Both the position numbers and the translations under genes were made by a program. Below are positions 39,001-47,949 of a stretch of 64,000 nt of DNA, piece by piece; position 1 is the stretch's first letter, and the number at the start of each line of letters is the position of its first letter. Under the pieces are notes generated by a model, which ran no database searches, was not told the DNA's origin, and worked only from the letters and a program-made list of their open reading frames with translations. The stretch spans positions 6,394,954-6,458,953 of the forward strand of contig CM120644.1 in assembly GCA_051362555.1 (NCBI GenBank), given 5' to 3'. Source of the stretch: Lingula anatina. Lineage: Eukaryota; Animalia; Brachiopoda.

Positions 39001-42000
39001 TATGTCAACATCCGAGACTGTATTTTTGTTCTAAAGCGGATGAATTATCAAGCAGACGTCATGAATTTGGACACGGTACGACGTTGTACACTTCGCCTCC
39101 CACTACGTATGAGAGAACGTTGGGCTGAGTGCTGCCGTATTCTGCGAGCAACCCACGAACCAACTCTAGAAGATTTGGAAGGCTGGTTATCAGACAGAGT
39201 AACTTCACTATTTGACCCACTCCTCGCAGAAGATGTTTATGAGACGGTTCAACCCAGAAGTCGTAAAGCGTCTTCCTTTCACACTACTCAGCCTGTTCCT
39301 GAGGAGAGAAAACCTGTTGACCATCCATTCTCCAAGACGCCATCTTCGAGACCCTCTTCGCAGTCCACCTGTGTTGTTTGTGGATGTCTCCATGCACTTT
39401 ACAAGTGTGAACTTTATCTAGCAATGACAACAAAGAAACGGTTTGTATGCGTCAATTCCCATCGACTTTGCAGGAATTGTCTACGGCCAGGACACATTGC
39501 ATCTGATTGTACCTCCCCTGGGCGCTGCAGAGCTGATAATTGCAACAAGAGACATCACACAACTCTCCATGACGTCCCACAGGAAGTTTACCACCCTCGG
39601 TCCACGTGTGTATCTTCCAGTGCAGTGCAGGCAGAGGTACAGGCCCCGTCAGCAACTGAAAAAGCTCAACCCAAGAGATCCTTTGCTACGCAAAATCCTA
39701 ATTCTGAAGTTTATCTGCAAGTTGTTCCTGTGATCGTGACGTCACCCACCGGTGAGAAGATCAACACTAGTGCCTTACTAGACTGTGGAAGTCAACTAAC
39801 TATGATACGCCGTGATTTAGCCAGTCAGCTCAACTTGTCTGGTCCAATGGAGATCCTACAGATGGGAACAGTAACTCGAGATGAAGATTGCCAGCGAGCA
39901 CAGCTAGTCAGTTTCACCATTTCCTCAGCCATTGAAGAAGATGATGCCTCTTTCCCAGTCCAGCAGGCATGGGTGGTAGACAAGTTGAACATACCCCCAC
40001 AACGCTCCGTCAAGATCAACAATTTGCCACACCTCCGAGATCTGAAAGATGTTTTACCAGACTGTCCTGATATTGGCTTGTTAATCGGTGGTGATGTACA
40101 TGACATCATGGTCCAGACAGACATCAGACGTGGTCCTCCGGGAACTCCCATAGCTATAAAGACTGGTCTTTGTTGGTCACTCCTTGGAAGATTGGCAGAC
40201 CCGACTACGAAACAGCACCGTCTTCACGTCCTCCACGCTAGTTTCAAGTCCATTGACAGAGGGGATGCTGATCAACTTGAGAAATTTTTCACGACAGAAT
40301 CATTTGGTTGCAAGTTTGAAGGCAATGCAGCAACTTCCGTAGATGACAGACATGCCCAGAGCCAGCTTGACCAGAAAACCAGCTATAAATCTGGACGTTA
40401 CTCGGTTCCAATGCTGTGGAAAAAAGAAGATACAGTTTTACCCTCAAACTACGTAATGGCTCTCAAGCGTTACACTGGTGCCTGAGTGCCGCAAGTTGAG
40501 AACCAATCCAGAGCGATCCCGCAGCTTCTCTGAAATCATCAACACATGGCTGGAGAAAGGTTATGCCAGAAAGATGACAGACAGTGAAGTCCATACAGAG
40601 AGCCCCATCACCTGGTATTTGCCGCATCATGACGTTTACACTTCGAATAAGACCAGAGTCGTTCAAGACTGTGCAGCCAGATATGCAGGGACGTCGCTGA
40701 ACGACAAGTTACTTACAGGTCCAGACCTCCTCAACAGTTTGACAGCAGTTCTACTGAACTTCCGACGGGGATCCATTGGTTTATCTGCAGACATTGAGTC
40801 CATGTTTCACAGAGTGTTGTGTTTGAAAACTGACAGAGACTGTTTACGTTTCCTGCGGTCTGATGATCTACGCATTGAACAGCCTGACACGTATCAGATG
40901 TGCGTTCATCCATTTGGTGCCAAGTCGTCTCCCACGTGTGCCAACTATGCTTTGCGCTGTACAGCAACTGACAACGCCGACAAGTTTTCTTCCCTAGCAG
41001 TTGAAACTACACTGCGGAACGTCTACATGGATGATTTATGTACCAGTCAACCATCTGTGGACCTTGCCATATCCTTATCCCATGAATTGGTGGATCTACT
41101 GAGCATTGGTGGATTTCGTTTGACGAAGTGGGTATCCAACTCCAGAGATGTATTGTCCTCCCTCCCTGCATCAGAAGTTGCTATCAAGAACTTTGACCTC
41201 TCTATGGATGCCTTGCCTTCCCAGCGGGTACTCGGCTTCATATGGGACACTAATGATTAATTATATATTTAATTTTGACACTGTCGCTTCCAGTTAGTCG
41301 TGTTACTGCGAGGGGGTATGTCAGCGACAGTTACTCAACTTCCCTACTTAATGAACTCTGCCAATAGTGAACGCATTCAACACCGTAACTGAGCAGTTTT
41401 TGCGTCCAGCTGCTATATAAGCTGGACGTTTTCTACAGCGGTATGCAGTGCGGCATCGACACACTCCGACGACCACAGCTTGTAGCAACGACCGGCGGCT
41501 CGACAGCAGCGGTTCTCTCCAGCGCCTCGCACCGGCCTACGACTCCGCGGTCTCCCCGGCGGCTCGACAGCAGCGGTTCTCTCCAGCGCCTCGCACCGGC
41601 CTACGACTCCGCGGTCTCCCCGGCGGCTCGACAGTAGCGGTTCTCTCCAGCGCCTCGCACTGGCTACGACTCCGCGGTCACCCCGGCGGCTCGACAGCAG
41701 CGGATCTCTCCAGCGCCTCGCACCGGCCTCCGACTCCGCGGTCACCCCGGCGGCTCGACAGCAGCGGTTCTCTCCAGCGCCTCGCACCGGCCTACGACTC
41801 CGCGGTCACCCCGGCGGCTCGACAGCAGCGGTTCTCTCCAGCGCCTCGCACCGGCCTACGACACCGCGGTCACCCCGGCGGCTCGACAGCAGCGGTTCTC
41901 TCCAGCGCCTCGCACCGGCTTACGACTCCGCGGTCACCCCGGCGGCTCGACAGCGGTCTACTCCTGCTTCACTCATCGGCCCAAGACTCGACGGTCACCC

Positions 42001-45000
42001 CGGCGGCTCGATATCGGTCTACTCGACTCCTGCGCCACTCATCTGCCCACGACCCAGCAGTCATCCCGGCGGCTTACGACAGTGGTATCTCTCGATAGCA
42101 GTCCAACCGACAGCGATCCATTTCGAATTGGTTTAATTTAATTTTAATTCAATTTTTGTAACCATTTATTCGCTATTAAATTATTTATTTATTTATTTTC
42201 TTCGTTCTTGTTGCTTATATCACCGTCTCGTCCGCAACACGTATAATCTGTGTAATGATTTGTAGTAAGACTACCTAGTAGTTTAATTTAACACGGGCAT
42301 GTTAAATTGGAAGTATCATTTATTATAAAGGACAGTTGGCATCCAAAAAGTGACACACGACGGAACCTCTAAAAGCTAGAATACCTACGCGACCTGCACC
42401 ACTGAGCTCCCCACGCACTTACAACAACCAACGCCATGAGGAGGTGAAGGAAACGAAACAGTACATCGCCGGATGCGCTGAGTGGGCTATAACCACATCA
42501 ACAGACAGCTGGCAAGGGGAGTGCACCAGGTCAGAGTCAGGGTAGACTTTAAAGGATGCCCTGGCCACGAAGACCGCACCACAAAGCTGATTGAGATCCA
42601 AGACAAGACTTCAGCACAAATAAGTCAAACCATCGAACTCCATGTAGAGGAATTCGTGAAAACTGCTAACGATAACCTAGAGGGTGTCCTGACTATGAAG
42701 GGCTATACAACAAAACTTATTGGAATACAAGAAAAGACCTCGGCCACGAAAAGGGAAACCATCGAACTCCGCGTACAAAAAAGCCAACGAAAACGCGAAG
42801 GCTCTGGCCCGGGAAGCCAAAGTAGATTTTTTTCAAAATACACAGAACTTATAAAATCCGCTCCGGCACCCAACCAACACCCAGTGCCAACCCTGACATC
42901 CTAGAACAAGTCCGACCCTTACTCCGTACTATGAAAGCAAAAAAAGAAGAGAGTGGTCACCTCGACCAAGTTGAAATGCCGATCAGCAGCCATTCTGAAA
43001 CGCATGAAGTAATCCTGCAGCAAAAATACAAACAGCGCCTTTCAGGGCTATTCATGTTCAGGAAAAGCGATACCATAATGCTCAATTAAATAAAAAATGC
43101 AACAAATTCCCTTACAAAAAATCCAATGGGATACTATAATAGCCTATAGGATTCTATAGAAAATTGACCCAAACTCGAGCGTCCCAAAAGTAAGCTCAAA
43201 GCATTTCACTAGGGGCGATGTCAAACCACACGTCCCCAGGGGCCCAGTCTTGGATCTTGTTATTTTGATGAAAGGTAGTTTAACCACCCTCAACCCCAAA
43301 TGGCTGTCAAACGACTTTATTTTTTTTTCAGCGGTTTTCTCTTCTGTCTTAATTAGGCACAGTACAAGAAAAAGCTGCAGATATATTGATTAATCAAATA
43401 CCAGTATTCCCTGCTAGTCCCTTATCGGATAAGCACCCTATATATAAGGTAGGCAGAAATGAGGTATACATATAATAAAACGTAATAAAAAGCACTTACC
43501 GATGTGTTTCACTCTTTGTTCAACAGTTTCTGACGGCGTGCCTTTAATTGTAATGAACGTCCACGGGTCCCTTAATGTTAGTAAAGACAACATTTCTGTG
43601 CTTATTAGACTATTATTTGATAACAAACATGCACACGCACACTCGAACGCACGCACGCAAACTTAAAACAGTTTTTGTTTCAGGAAAAATTAAACAGCGT
43701 ACACTGAATGATCCCCACTTATTAAGCTCACACTAATTTTGGAAAATTTAGCAATCTCTCAGCACCCTTCCCTATAAATTACATAGACACACAAGCACAC
43801 GCGCGCACACACACATACACAAACGCACAAGCATGCACACTTAAAACAGTTTTGGTTTCAAATAGGATTAACCAGCGTACACTGAATGGTACTCACTTAT
43901 TAAGATCACACTGTTTTTAAAAAATCAGCAATCTCTATGGCGAAGCTACCATATAATCATATATAGCAACTCTAAATAAATTTACATAAATTTATTTGAT
44001 GCATAACTGACATTTTACTTGATTAGTCACGACTCTCTAGACATTCAAGTTTTGATCACCAAAATAAAACATACTGGACATTATTTTACTTTATAACCTA
44101 AGAGCACATTTACCCTAAATGAGATTGATTTTTATTCAGCAATATATAATTGACTTACCTATAACGAAGATTCCCAATCTCTTTGCTCCCCATGTTGGTA
44201 AGAAAGTCTTTGGCATCCTTGCTCAGCTTTGTAGAAGCTTCGTCAACGGCTAATATTACGATTATGTCTCCATCTATGCGTTAGTGACACATATTGTTAT
44301 CTTAAGTTATACATTTTTGTTACTGCATTGATTGTTATAAACTGCGAGATATGTGTCTCTCTTTGGCCTAATATTGCGTTCGTTTTCTTTAGTATCAATT
44401 CATCACGTTGAACGAATCTAACAAACGATCCATCAAAGTCTTTACTATCCATAATTTAAATACCAGTGAAGGAGCGAGTTGAAATAGTTCATGAATTGGC
44501 TTGACAATAAACAGTGGAATGACCTTCGAACACAAGTATACACTGTATAAATTATAGTATACGTAGACACCCAAAGTGTATGACATCAAACAACCATTAA
44601 ATGACAGCGTGACGCAGAAGTTTGTGAATTAATTTCGTCCTTACTTTTTTGTTTCTTCAGGAAGTCAACCAGGCGCTGCGAGGCTGTTTGGTCGTAGTAC
44701 GTGTCGAATGCCTGGCGTTCTGTAGTATTACCAGACAGCCGGTCTATAACACGGACGTTTAACCCTCGGCTCACCCATGGGTCATTGACGGCTCCTTCAG
44801 CCAGTGGGCCTTGAAATAAATGAGGAATTATTCATTGTTGACGTCATATATAAACACGTCAGGCACATACTGGTGGTTACTGGTATTAAACTAGGTAAGG
44901 ACTGGTGCGCATGGCAATTCTGTGACAGTGTAATTACAGTGTTGCTTAACTTAAGTAGTTGCAAAATTTCTATTGACAGTATACTTTTTGCTCAGGGATG

Positions 45001-47506
45001 TAGTATAGTGTACCTGTGAAAGAAGCAACAATATCTATGCATCATAAGACATTTATGTTTTTAACCTTGGCGTTATGTTCACTTTACCTGTCAGGTGTCC
45101 CTGCAGAAAAGTCCAGGCGGTCTTTGCCTTGCCGTGGATTTCCAAGGTACCGCCTTTAGTAACGCCTATAAACTTCTTACCAAAGTTTGGATCCTGCCCC
45201 GCATCAGTAGACTTGCCCTGCAGGACGATGGTCACGTTCCCCTGATATCTGTATAAATGATACATGAAAATTATCAAACGCAAGCCTAAATTTGATAATT
45301 GATAATTTTCATTATGATCCAATTACCAAGATAATGGTAACATTTTTGCTCATTTACGAGATACTCATGGACAGTCTGAAGTCCAACATTTTCTGTATAA
45401 ATGGTTTGTTTTAGAAAAAAATATGGAATAGATTTACCAAAGACCGTTTACAAATATTGCTCATTTTAAAACTTTATTAAAACATATTATACGGATGTTT
45501 ACTAACGAGACCCAAGTAATGTAGGTATTATTTAGAATCTTAGTAGGCAGTATTGTTAATGATAGACATGGCTTTTTAATATTGTACAAGGCACTTGGCA
45601 AATTGCAGTATTGTGTATTTTTTATTTTGGGGTGGGGGAGAAAAGGGGGCCTCCAATGTCTGGGAGGGGGTACAATATAGGTATGTCCCGCTGGATCCAA
45701 CTTTGCAAATCCTTAAGTAAAAAAAAAAAATAATAATAAAATTAAATTAAATTAAAGTTTTAAGATGAAATTGTATACGGAAAGGGCTGCATACATTTTT
45801 AAGAACACTACTATAGGGTTTTTAAATAATTGAGACATCCAATGCGCAGTGGGGCTTACAAGTAAGTCGTCTATTCACAACACGTGAGTCGCTGACTTTC
45901 ATCCTACCTACAATCAGGACTACCAATATGCATCTCTCCGCCATCCTCTACAAGAATGTGTTTAGTCTTCACGACAATTGGCGCCACACCATCCTTGAAC
46001 ACCAGCTTTCCTGCAAGATATTCATGAACGTTTAGTTATACCAGTCGTCGTGTTTGTGATTTGTTGGCAAGATATCAGTGATGCAAATAAAAAGTATTTA
46101 TTAAATGCGACAACAAGAATTGCAGAGATCAATAATCGTGTCACGTTAACGTTATACTGTATAACAGTATACCTACATTAAACGTAAAATGGAATAAATT
46201 AGATACGAAAAAGAATTATATCAGGACGTACTGTACGTAAGGTCAGAACTGCATATTACCATAAAATATTGAAACACTTTCTGTGTGAAACAATGCGTAT
46301 CAAAAACCATTCGGGCACTCAAATGAATAAATAGACAAAATGATAAATAAATGATATAAAACATTTACCACCATCCTGAATGGTAATGCTTTTAACTGTT
46401 GTCGACCTGTCCAACAGATAACGTTTGCCTTTGGGGATTATGACGTCAGCGGCCGGGTTATTTCCGGGTCTCCATAGTTGTAGTTGTGACTCCTTATCTG
46501 GACAAGACGCCTGGGCTGTGAACACTAGAACGGGAATCATGAATGGTTGGAATCTTAAAAAGATGATGAGGGCAGACAGTACGGGTTATTTAGTTGGATT
46601 ACGAGTGGCGCGAGTGTTTTCTTAACATATAAAGTTGAAAGAAAATTCAAAAAAAGTTTCGGATCGGCTTTGTTATCAATCTTTCAGCAGGGAGGGAATT
46701 TATCAATCCTCAAGAAGTTGTAGATAACTTCTCGTTCCGCAGCAGTCCATGCTACGGGGATAGGTCTGGTCTCCGGTGTCGATGGTTGATTGAATTTTGT
46801 TCAAGCGAGTTGAACTTCCACAAAAAGTATTAAGCAAAATTTGACCAAATTTGTCAGACATTAAGTAAGAATTTGGCAGTAGGTGACCTGCGCACGTGGA
46901 CGAGTTTATTCCATATAATATCTCTAGAACGTGATATAGGGTCACTTTATTCAGTTTTAGGGGTGTTTTAGGGTGAAATGACAGTGTTTTTTCTCGGTAT
47001 GTGTGACAACTATTACACTGTTACCCTCTCCGGATGTATGACATGAACATTTATCTCACACGTTAACAACCGAGTGCTCAGTACTTGGAACATAGGTGGC
47101 TGGACTACAGTTTTATGTCACCCTCAGCACAGGAATATCAAACACTGTTTTATACTTGCGATGTTACTACTGTCATGTTAATACTATGTTATTTTATTTC
47201 ATTTTATTATGTTAAAATTTAATTAATTTTCTTTTTTTTTTTGGTGAAATGCGTGGGAGACAACATTCATTTCAATTAAAGTATATAGATAGATTTTTGT
47301 GACGTTTTGCCATTAACTATTTTTTCTAATTTTGTAATTGCGGCACTATCTTTAGGACCAACGTATTTAAAGTTCATAACCTGCCATCGCAATTGAAGCC
47401 ATTTTATTTTATACAATAATAAATACCATACCGCCAAACAAGTTTCTTAAATGACCTACTTACGTAACCAAGCAATGAAACAAAGGACTCCACAAAGCTT
47501 TGCCAT
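13800..47506 (-). CDS. CEMIP: CEMIP/TMEM2-family (cell migration-inducing hyaluronidase-like, G8 + GG + PbH1 repeat) protein, secreted, about 1085 aa, 23 coding exons
   Basis: Exons in transcription order (plus-strand coordinates): 47464-47506, 46369-46524, 45908-46010, 45088-45248, 44645-44809, 44159-44273, 43500-43570, 24528-24617, 23803-24003, 23194-23363, 22733-22942, 22193-22395, 21799-21868, 21321-21452, 20709-20794, 20091-20222, 19528-19563, 19138-19296, 16227-16404, 15671-15889, 15174-15385, 14391-14558, 13800-13977. Total 3258 nt, open frame. Family motifs: FGKKFIGVTKGGTLEIHG (G8), DMRAEVGLLSRNI, YPIHFHMCGDVD, GHCFFLEDG, TFWIAHPNN, DGDKTEIFHDEDGSVTGY, YCSTQGCE. Signal peptide MAKLCGVLCFIAWLLFTAQA. 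Confidence 0.92.
14316..14384 (-). mobile_element. truncated copy of the MITE at 1454-1627
   Basis: Reverse complement matches CAG(G)GGCGGATTTAGGCCGTCTTCT...CAGATTTTCAAGTTTACATTGACGG. Confidence 0.7.
15016..15066. repeat. (TAAA)n microsatellite
   Basis: Seen directly. Confidence 0.85.
17505..17880 (+). repeat. minisatellite, about 74-75 bp unit x5
   Basis: Unit GGTTCTGGGTGTATT(T)CCCAGGTTTTTAACTGTTTGCCTAGTAGTGAGAGCCCTTTGGTGGTATCTGGTATACTA starting at about 17505, 17579, 17654, 17728 and 17803. Confidence 0.92.
18286..18595 (+). repeat. 155-bp tandem duplication, apparently perfect (18286-18440, 18441-18595)
   Basis: GGCCTTTTATTTTCATTTGCGCC...TTATCTCCCCA repeated head to tail. Confidence 0.9.
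25099..25465 (+). repeat. Gypsy 5' LTR (TATA 25272-25278, AATAAA 25291-25296, splice donor GTAAGT at 25411)
   Basis: Direct repeat of 34629-34996. Reverse CCAAT boxes (ATTGG) lie upstream of TATATAA. Confidence 0.95.
26410..28461 (+). CDS. gag: Gypsy Gag with N-terminal helix-hairpin-helix domain, long coiled coil, capsid-like region and two CCHC zinc knuckles
   Basis: AAAATGGCG start. LNVQTASETELKNLKGIGPVKAHRLV (HhH), heptad LExEK repeats, MPSFSG...WEAFVFKFE capsid-like motif, CFKCGERGHVQRDC and CHKCGQRGHIQTNC. Confidence 0.92.
   Translation: MASGHVESGVVLNVQTASETELKNLKGIGPVKAHRLVSLRNQKGKLLLSDLEEITGISVAEWQKWEKKGNVILGVIEEKDEGSKVGDEKNEESVNWEEKYRKLMERLKVQNEMIINLRDEVEEAGEKIEFLSSELEMNDAKVKKLEVENSEMAIDYKKLKQERNALEDEKSVLENEKSALEKEKYALKSEKYSLESEKCDLKNENDMLKERNVKIQSELGKTKQVLMKKEMEMEEECREYSIKEMMLHTQVETQNELLRKRVESLQKCEIEKMDLKLELDEMTARHNHLQTQYERMHLQHDLEKIPRPTPRNIKSRPTPAPRSSKKKSLETPVKKPILKLAESESDSESESESESECEQKRVPLVEREKGPVHKMPSFSGNGRENWEAFVFKFEGMAERYGWNDKRKTSRMIECLEDRALEYAVEFGNCKYKRLKEVMSNRFSMKESASSARRALQSMRQGESESLQDFSHSVFMASREGYAEGGEGIAVDSFLRGCRDKESAKLAMDKEPKDLFEALEFVKVANNNFKALYGTGGRNVHIRQVGMSDQSVENGSGNQLLYNMQRTMSAMCDQMKRMNDTWVSPSNSQRNPSRMVKSPQNGNINQSRGGPPQCFKCGERGHVQRDCKNEIVEHPPNPNVSKNASPSSILICHKCGQRGHIQTNCPQNGEIPKNPPPGARNSVN
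28368..32537 (+). CDS. pol: Gypsy Pol (protease, RT, RNase H, integrase), -1 frame relative to gag
   Basis: AVVDTAA protease, RWCVDYRELN and YLDD RT, LDTDAS...TDHHSL RNase H, H-x6-H...C-x2-C zinc-binding and D,D(35)E integrase (HLDILGP, TDQGSNF, GQVER), GPY motif. Confidence 0.96.
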   Translation: MWTERSHSNKLPSKWRNTKESSSRCKKFGKLERDELTDRISDPLLHVEGRIMDSGNVKMMNVGELVGENFVIPVSVSGVKTLAVVDTAAQFTIVNKIFYSKLQGVPEFCETLKLMLAGKNAFMMGHRVENLSIEIDGIEYMENVYVADLQEGIDMLLGLKFLKERNCVVNLVDQTLIIGEKCVQGSIEVEGDSDLSKVNGETEAKSDEKCVDEMEKEVEICENMVRTKKRMVVPPLTVMRISVCADYELEKKKEYVIEPCVDRQVLVSCALVKGDDVVPIEIVNDGERNAVLKAGSVLGVIKEVETVASEVRCKEDVYGKARVSAVNKAEMKLKIDEHMDKEVMRSLKRDLPEHLQDLFERSSEELDSNEVVALCETLRDYEDVFAKHDLDLGCMKGVKHTINTGSAAPVKQKLRRTPLGMEGEERKMLEKLLASDVIQPSNSEWASPPVLIRKKDGSVRWCVDYRELNKKTIKDSYPIPNIGDCLDCLAGNQFLSLIDMAQGYFQIEIDEKDRNKTAFITRYGLYEHKRMAMGLTNSPASFSRAMQLVLRGLTWEKVLVYLDDITVLGKNFEDHLKNLKEVLERLRSYNLKLKPKKCFLFQTKCEFLGKSISREGVSITESKIECVKKWPVPTNKKEVETFFGFINYHRDHIPQFAEKTACLYELTGNKSVFNWSDEHQIAFEGLKQELTTAPCLAFPLSEGEFILDTDASYSCIGAELSQIQHGEEKVIAYGSKIMSPIQRRYCTTRKELLAVVNFCRQYRHYLLERKFRIRTDHHSLVWLLGFKNPDGQLARWLEELSQYNFTIEHRPGKKHGNADALSRIPLAIKECDCYKVGVKLSDLPCGGCHYCQRVHKNWSRFETDVNDVIPLGNKKSDDNVVESNAVGDMKNETNCEKLSSVLMCQRADTNDKTDKNERDELCNWLKGYDLKKLQRKDADLKIIIGWLENGEPKESELYLCSMAVKGLWNCKEQLILLNDVLYYKWEKREDRNLCLIVPKDLVNEVLFFCHDSKTAGHFAYEKTLQKLKQSFKWHGMNRDCKLYVSSCELCNKNKHSTVRPKAKMKLHHAGFPMEKVHLDILGPFTQSECGNSYILVMIDQFTKWIECVALPNQTAELVAKAFFEKFIVTFGCPQEIYTDQGSNFQSSLFRNLCRLLEIKQLRTTGFRASANGQVERCMGIITQMIRCNVEGNVRYWDRDLPQLVMALHSTVNASTGFTPNMMMLGREVFMPLHLLTGCVNENLIPCDTHEWLKNLSDSLNRSHEMAREKLKCVQKRQKQLYDAKLRESEYTCGQKVYLKDESHKKGESKKLRPLYRGPYEVIKASPPLYTIKDKKGKIQVVHHDRLRKFVERESDFQLNEPQLVEPIVKRSRFGRQIKMPSHLRDFALE
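32674..32964 (+). CDS. Gypsy accessory ORF A (96 aa, unknown function)
   Basis: ATG in AACATGG context 3 nt after a long polypyrimidine tract and TTTAG (32669-32670); inside the element between pol and the 3' LTR. Confidence 0.5.
   Translation: MDESNIMHIWEEEFQWCTDWVESPERLYILSIRNIEIKSSKQAKIIIHLGKIWKERFLLETGYDWFMDHEKEINKGLSKEDCIDIICYLRDKLYQY
33581..34249 (+). CDS. Gypsy accessory ORF B (222 aa; acidic N-terminus, basic patch, Cys/His zinc-finger-like region)
   Basis: ATG 2 nt after the acceptor TTTATTTCAG (33577-33578). Contains CGLC-x12-RHVKSVHLPWY...CWYC...H..C. GC-richer than its flanks. Confidence 0.7.
   Translation: MDDLDMLDEACFVPDYDDTDLVEDPTVLIGEEGEEVTHSKCRGEKRRREVQCGLCLVSSADLSRHLGRHVKSVHLPWYMTPGLVCWYCRSMEKDNSLLRKCHGDVHSCGTGEFEKKLWIQLVNGFIHFLILTLNMRNIWELMDYVQNEGLIMLPDNCSNEDINFVKIYIYGNGMEPKTEILNSLLTLFHWKTLYHLLQKLSSEDRELSSHWYRRMKFTLLHG
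34629..34996 (+). repeat. Gypsy 3' LTR
   Basis: Direct repeat of 25099-25465, preceded by the PPT and followed by TSD ATCA. Confidence 0.95.
37348..37860 (+). repeat. 64-bp GC-rich tandem array in BEL 5' LTR (8 full units, followed by about 3 degenerate units to about 38000)
   Basis: Unit GGCGGCTCGACAGCAGCGGTTCTCTCCAGCGCCTCGCACCGGCCTACGACTCCGCGGTC(T/A)CCCC at 37348, 37412, 37476, 37540, 37604, 37668, 37733 and 37797. Confidence 0.95.
38194..41260 (+). pseudogene. BEL/Pao gag-pol (DUF1759-like gag, three Cys/His knuckles, aspartic protease, RT), frameshifted at about 40480 and truncated after RT
   Basis: FNGSALDWPRF, CVVCGCLHALYKC, CRNCLRPGHIASDC, CRADNCNKRHHTTLH, ALLDCGS, WYLPHH, LLTGPDLLNSL, FGAKSSP, YMDD. 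Stops after VLGFIWD, about 60 bp before the 3' LTR. Confidence 0.9.
41494..41940 (+). repeat. 64-bp tandem array in BEL 3' LTR (7 full units)
   Basis: Units at 41494, 41558, 41622, 41685, 41749, 41813 and 41877. Confidence 0.95.
43650..43937 (+). repeat. diverged intronic tandem duplication (about 180-bp period)
   Basis: CTTAAAACAGTTTT...CAGCGTACACTGAATG...CACTTATTAAG..CACACT...AGCAATCTCT occurs twice. Confidence 0.7.
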
Positions 47507-47949
47507 TTTAGCGGAGCTTCTCCGTGGTCTCTGTCTCTTTCCCTCCTCGCTCTCCAAATGCTGCGTGATGGAAGTGTCTCGGTCACAGATGCTGAATTCT
47601 CAGGCTTACGAGTACATAATGTATAATCTGTGATTACATGCGGTAGGTGAGTTCATGTGCCAAATAAGTTGCCTAAATCGCACCTGAGAAGAATATAATC
47701 TATAAATGGATGCCGGCCTTCCCGAAGCCACAGCGACTTCATTGCCCAGTGTGTAGTGAAGTAATAGATAGACCCTAAGTCAGTGAGAGTTATATGCACG
47801 AGAGGTTGTCACATAGCCCTCGCTGACGAGTAGTCTTACTTAGGCCACTTTAAACTACAGTTCACGACTCCACACTCACACAACTACAGTACCTAGCTAC
47901 TAGTATCTTCATTACCACACTAATTCATATGTTTGGACGGTAGAGGACA

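Larger units (their letters stand above)
37173..42239 (+). mobile_element. BEL/Pao LTR retrotransposon, internally deleted (no RNase H or integrase)
   Basis: LTRs 37173-38159 and 41319-42239 (TGT...ACA), 5-bp TSD CGTAT, PBS TGGTCTCGCGAGCCGGAT (tRNA-Tyr-like), PPT GAGGGGG before the 3' LTR. Confidence 0.95.
35952..42357 (+). mobile_element. 5'-truncated, degenerate Gypsy remnant (integrase C-terminus, PPT and 3' LTR); its LTR is interrupted by the BEL/Pao element
   Basis: GKHKIADIWENEPY (frameshift) SQPNGEIPVYVVQKE...RVLYRNLLLPI is the typical Gypsy integrase tail. PPT GGGGGAGAA at 36721-36729, then TGTGAC at 36730. The LTR appears to resume at 42240 and end near GTGACACA at about 42357; this right end is approximate. 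Confidence 0.7.

Noticed and set aside
47820-47870. Possible second hammerhead (CTGACGAG)
   Set aside because: No downstream stem II plus GAAA core was found.
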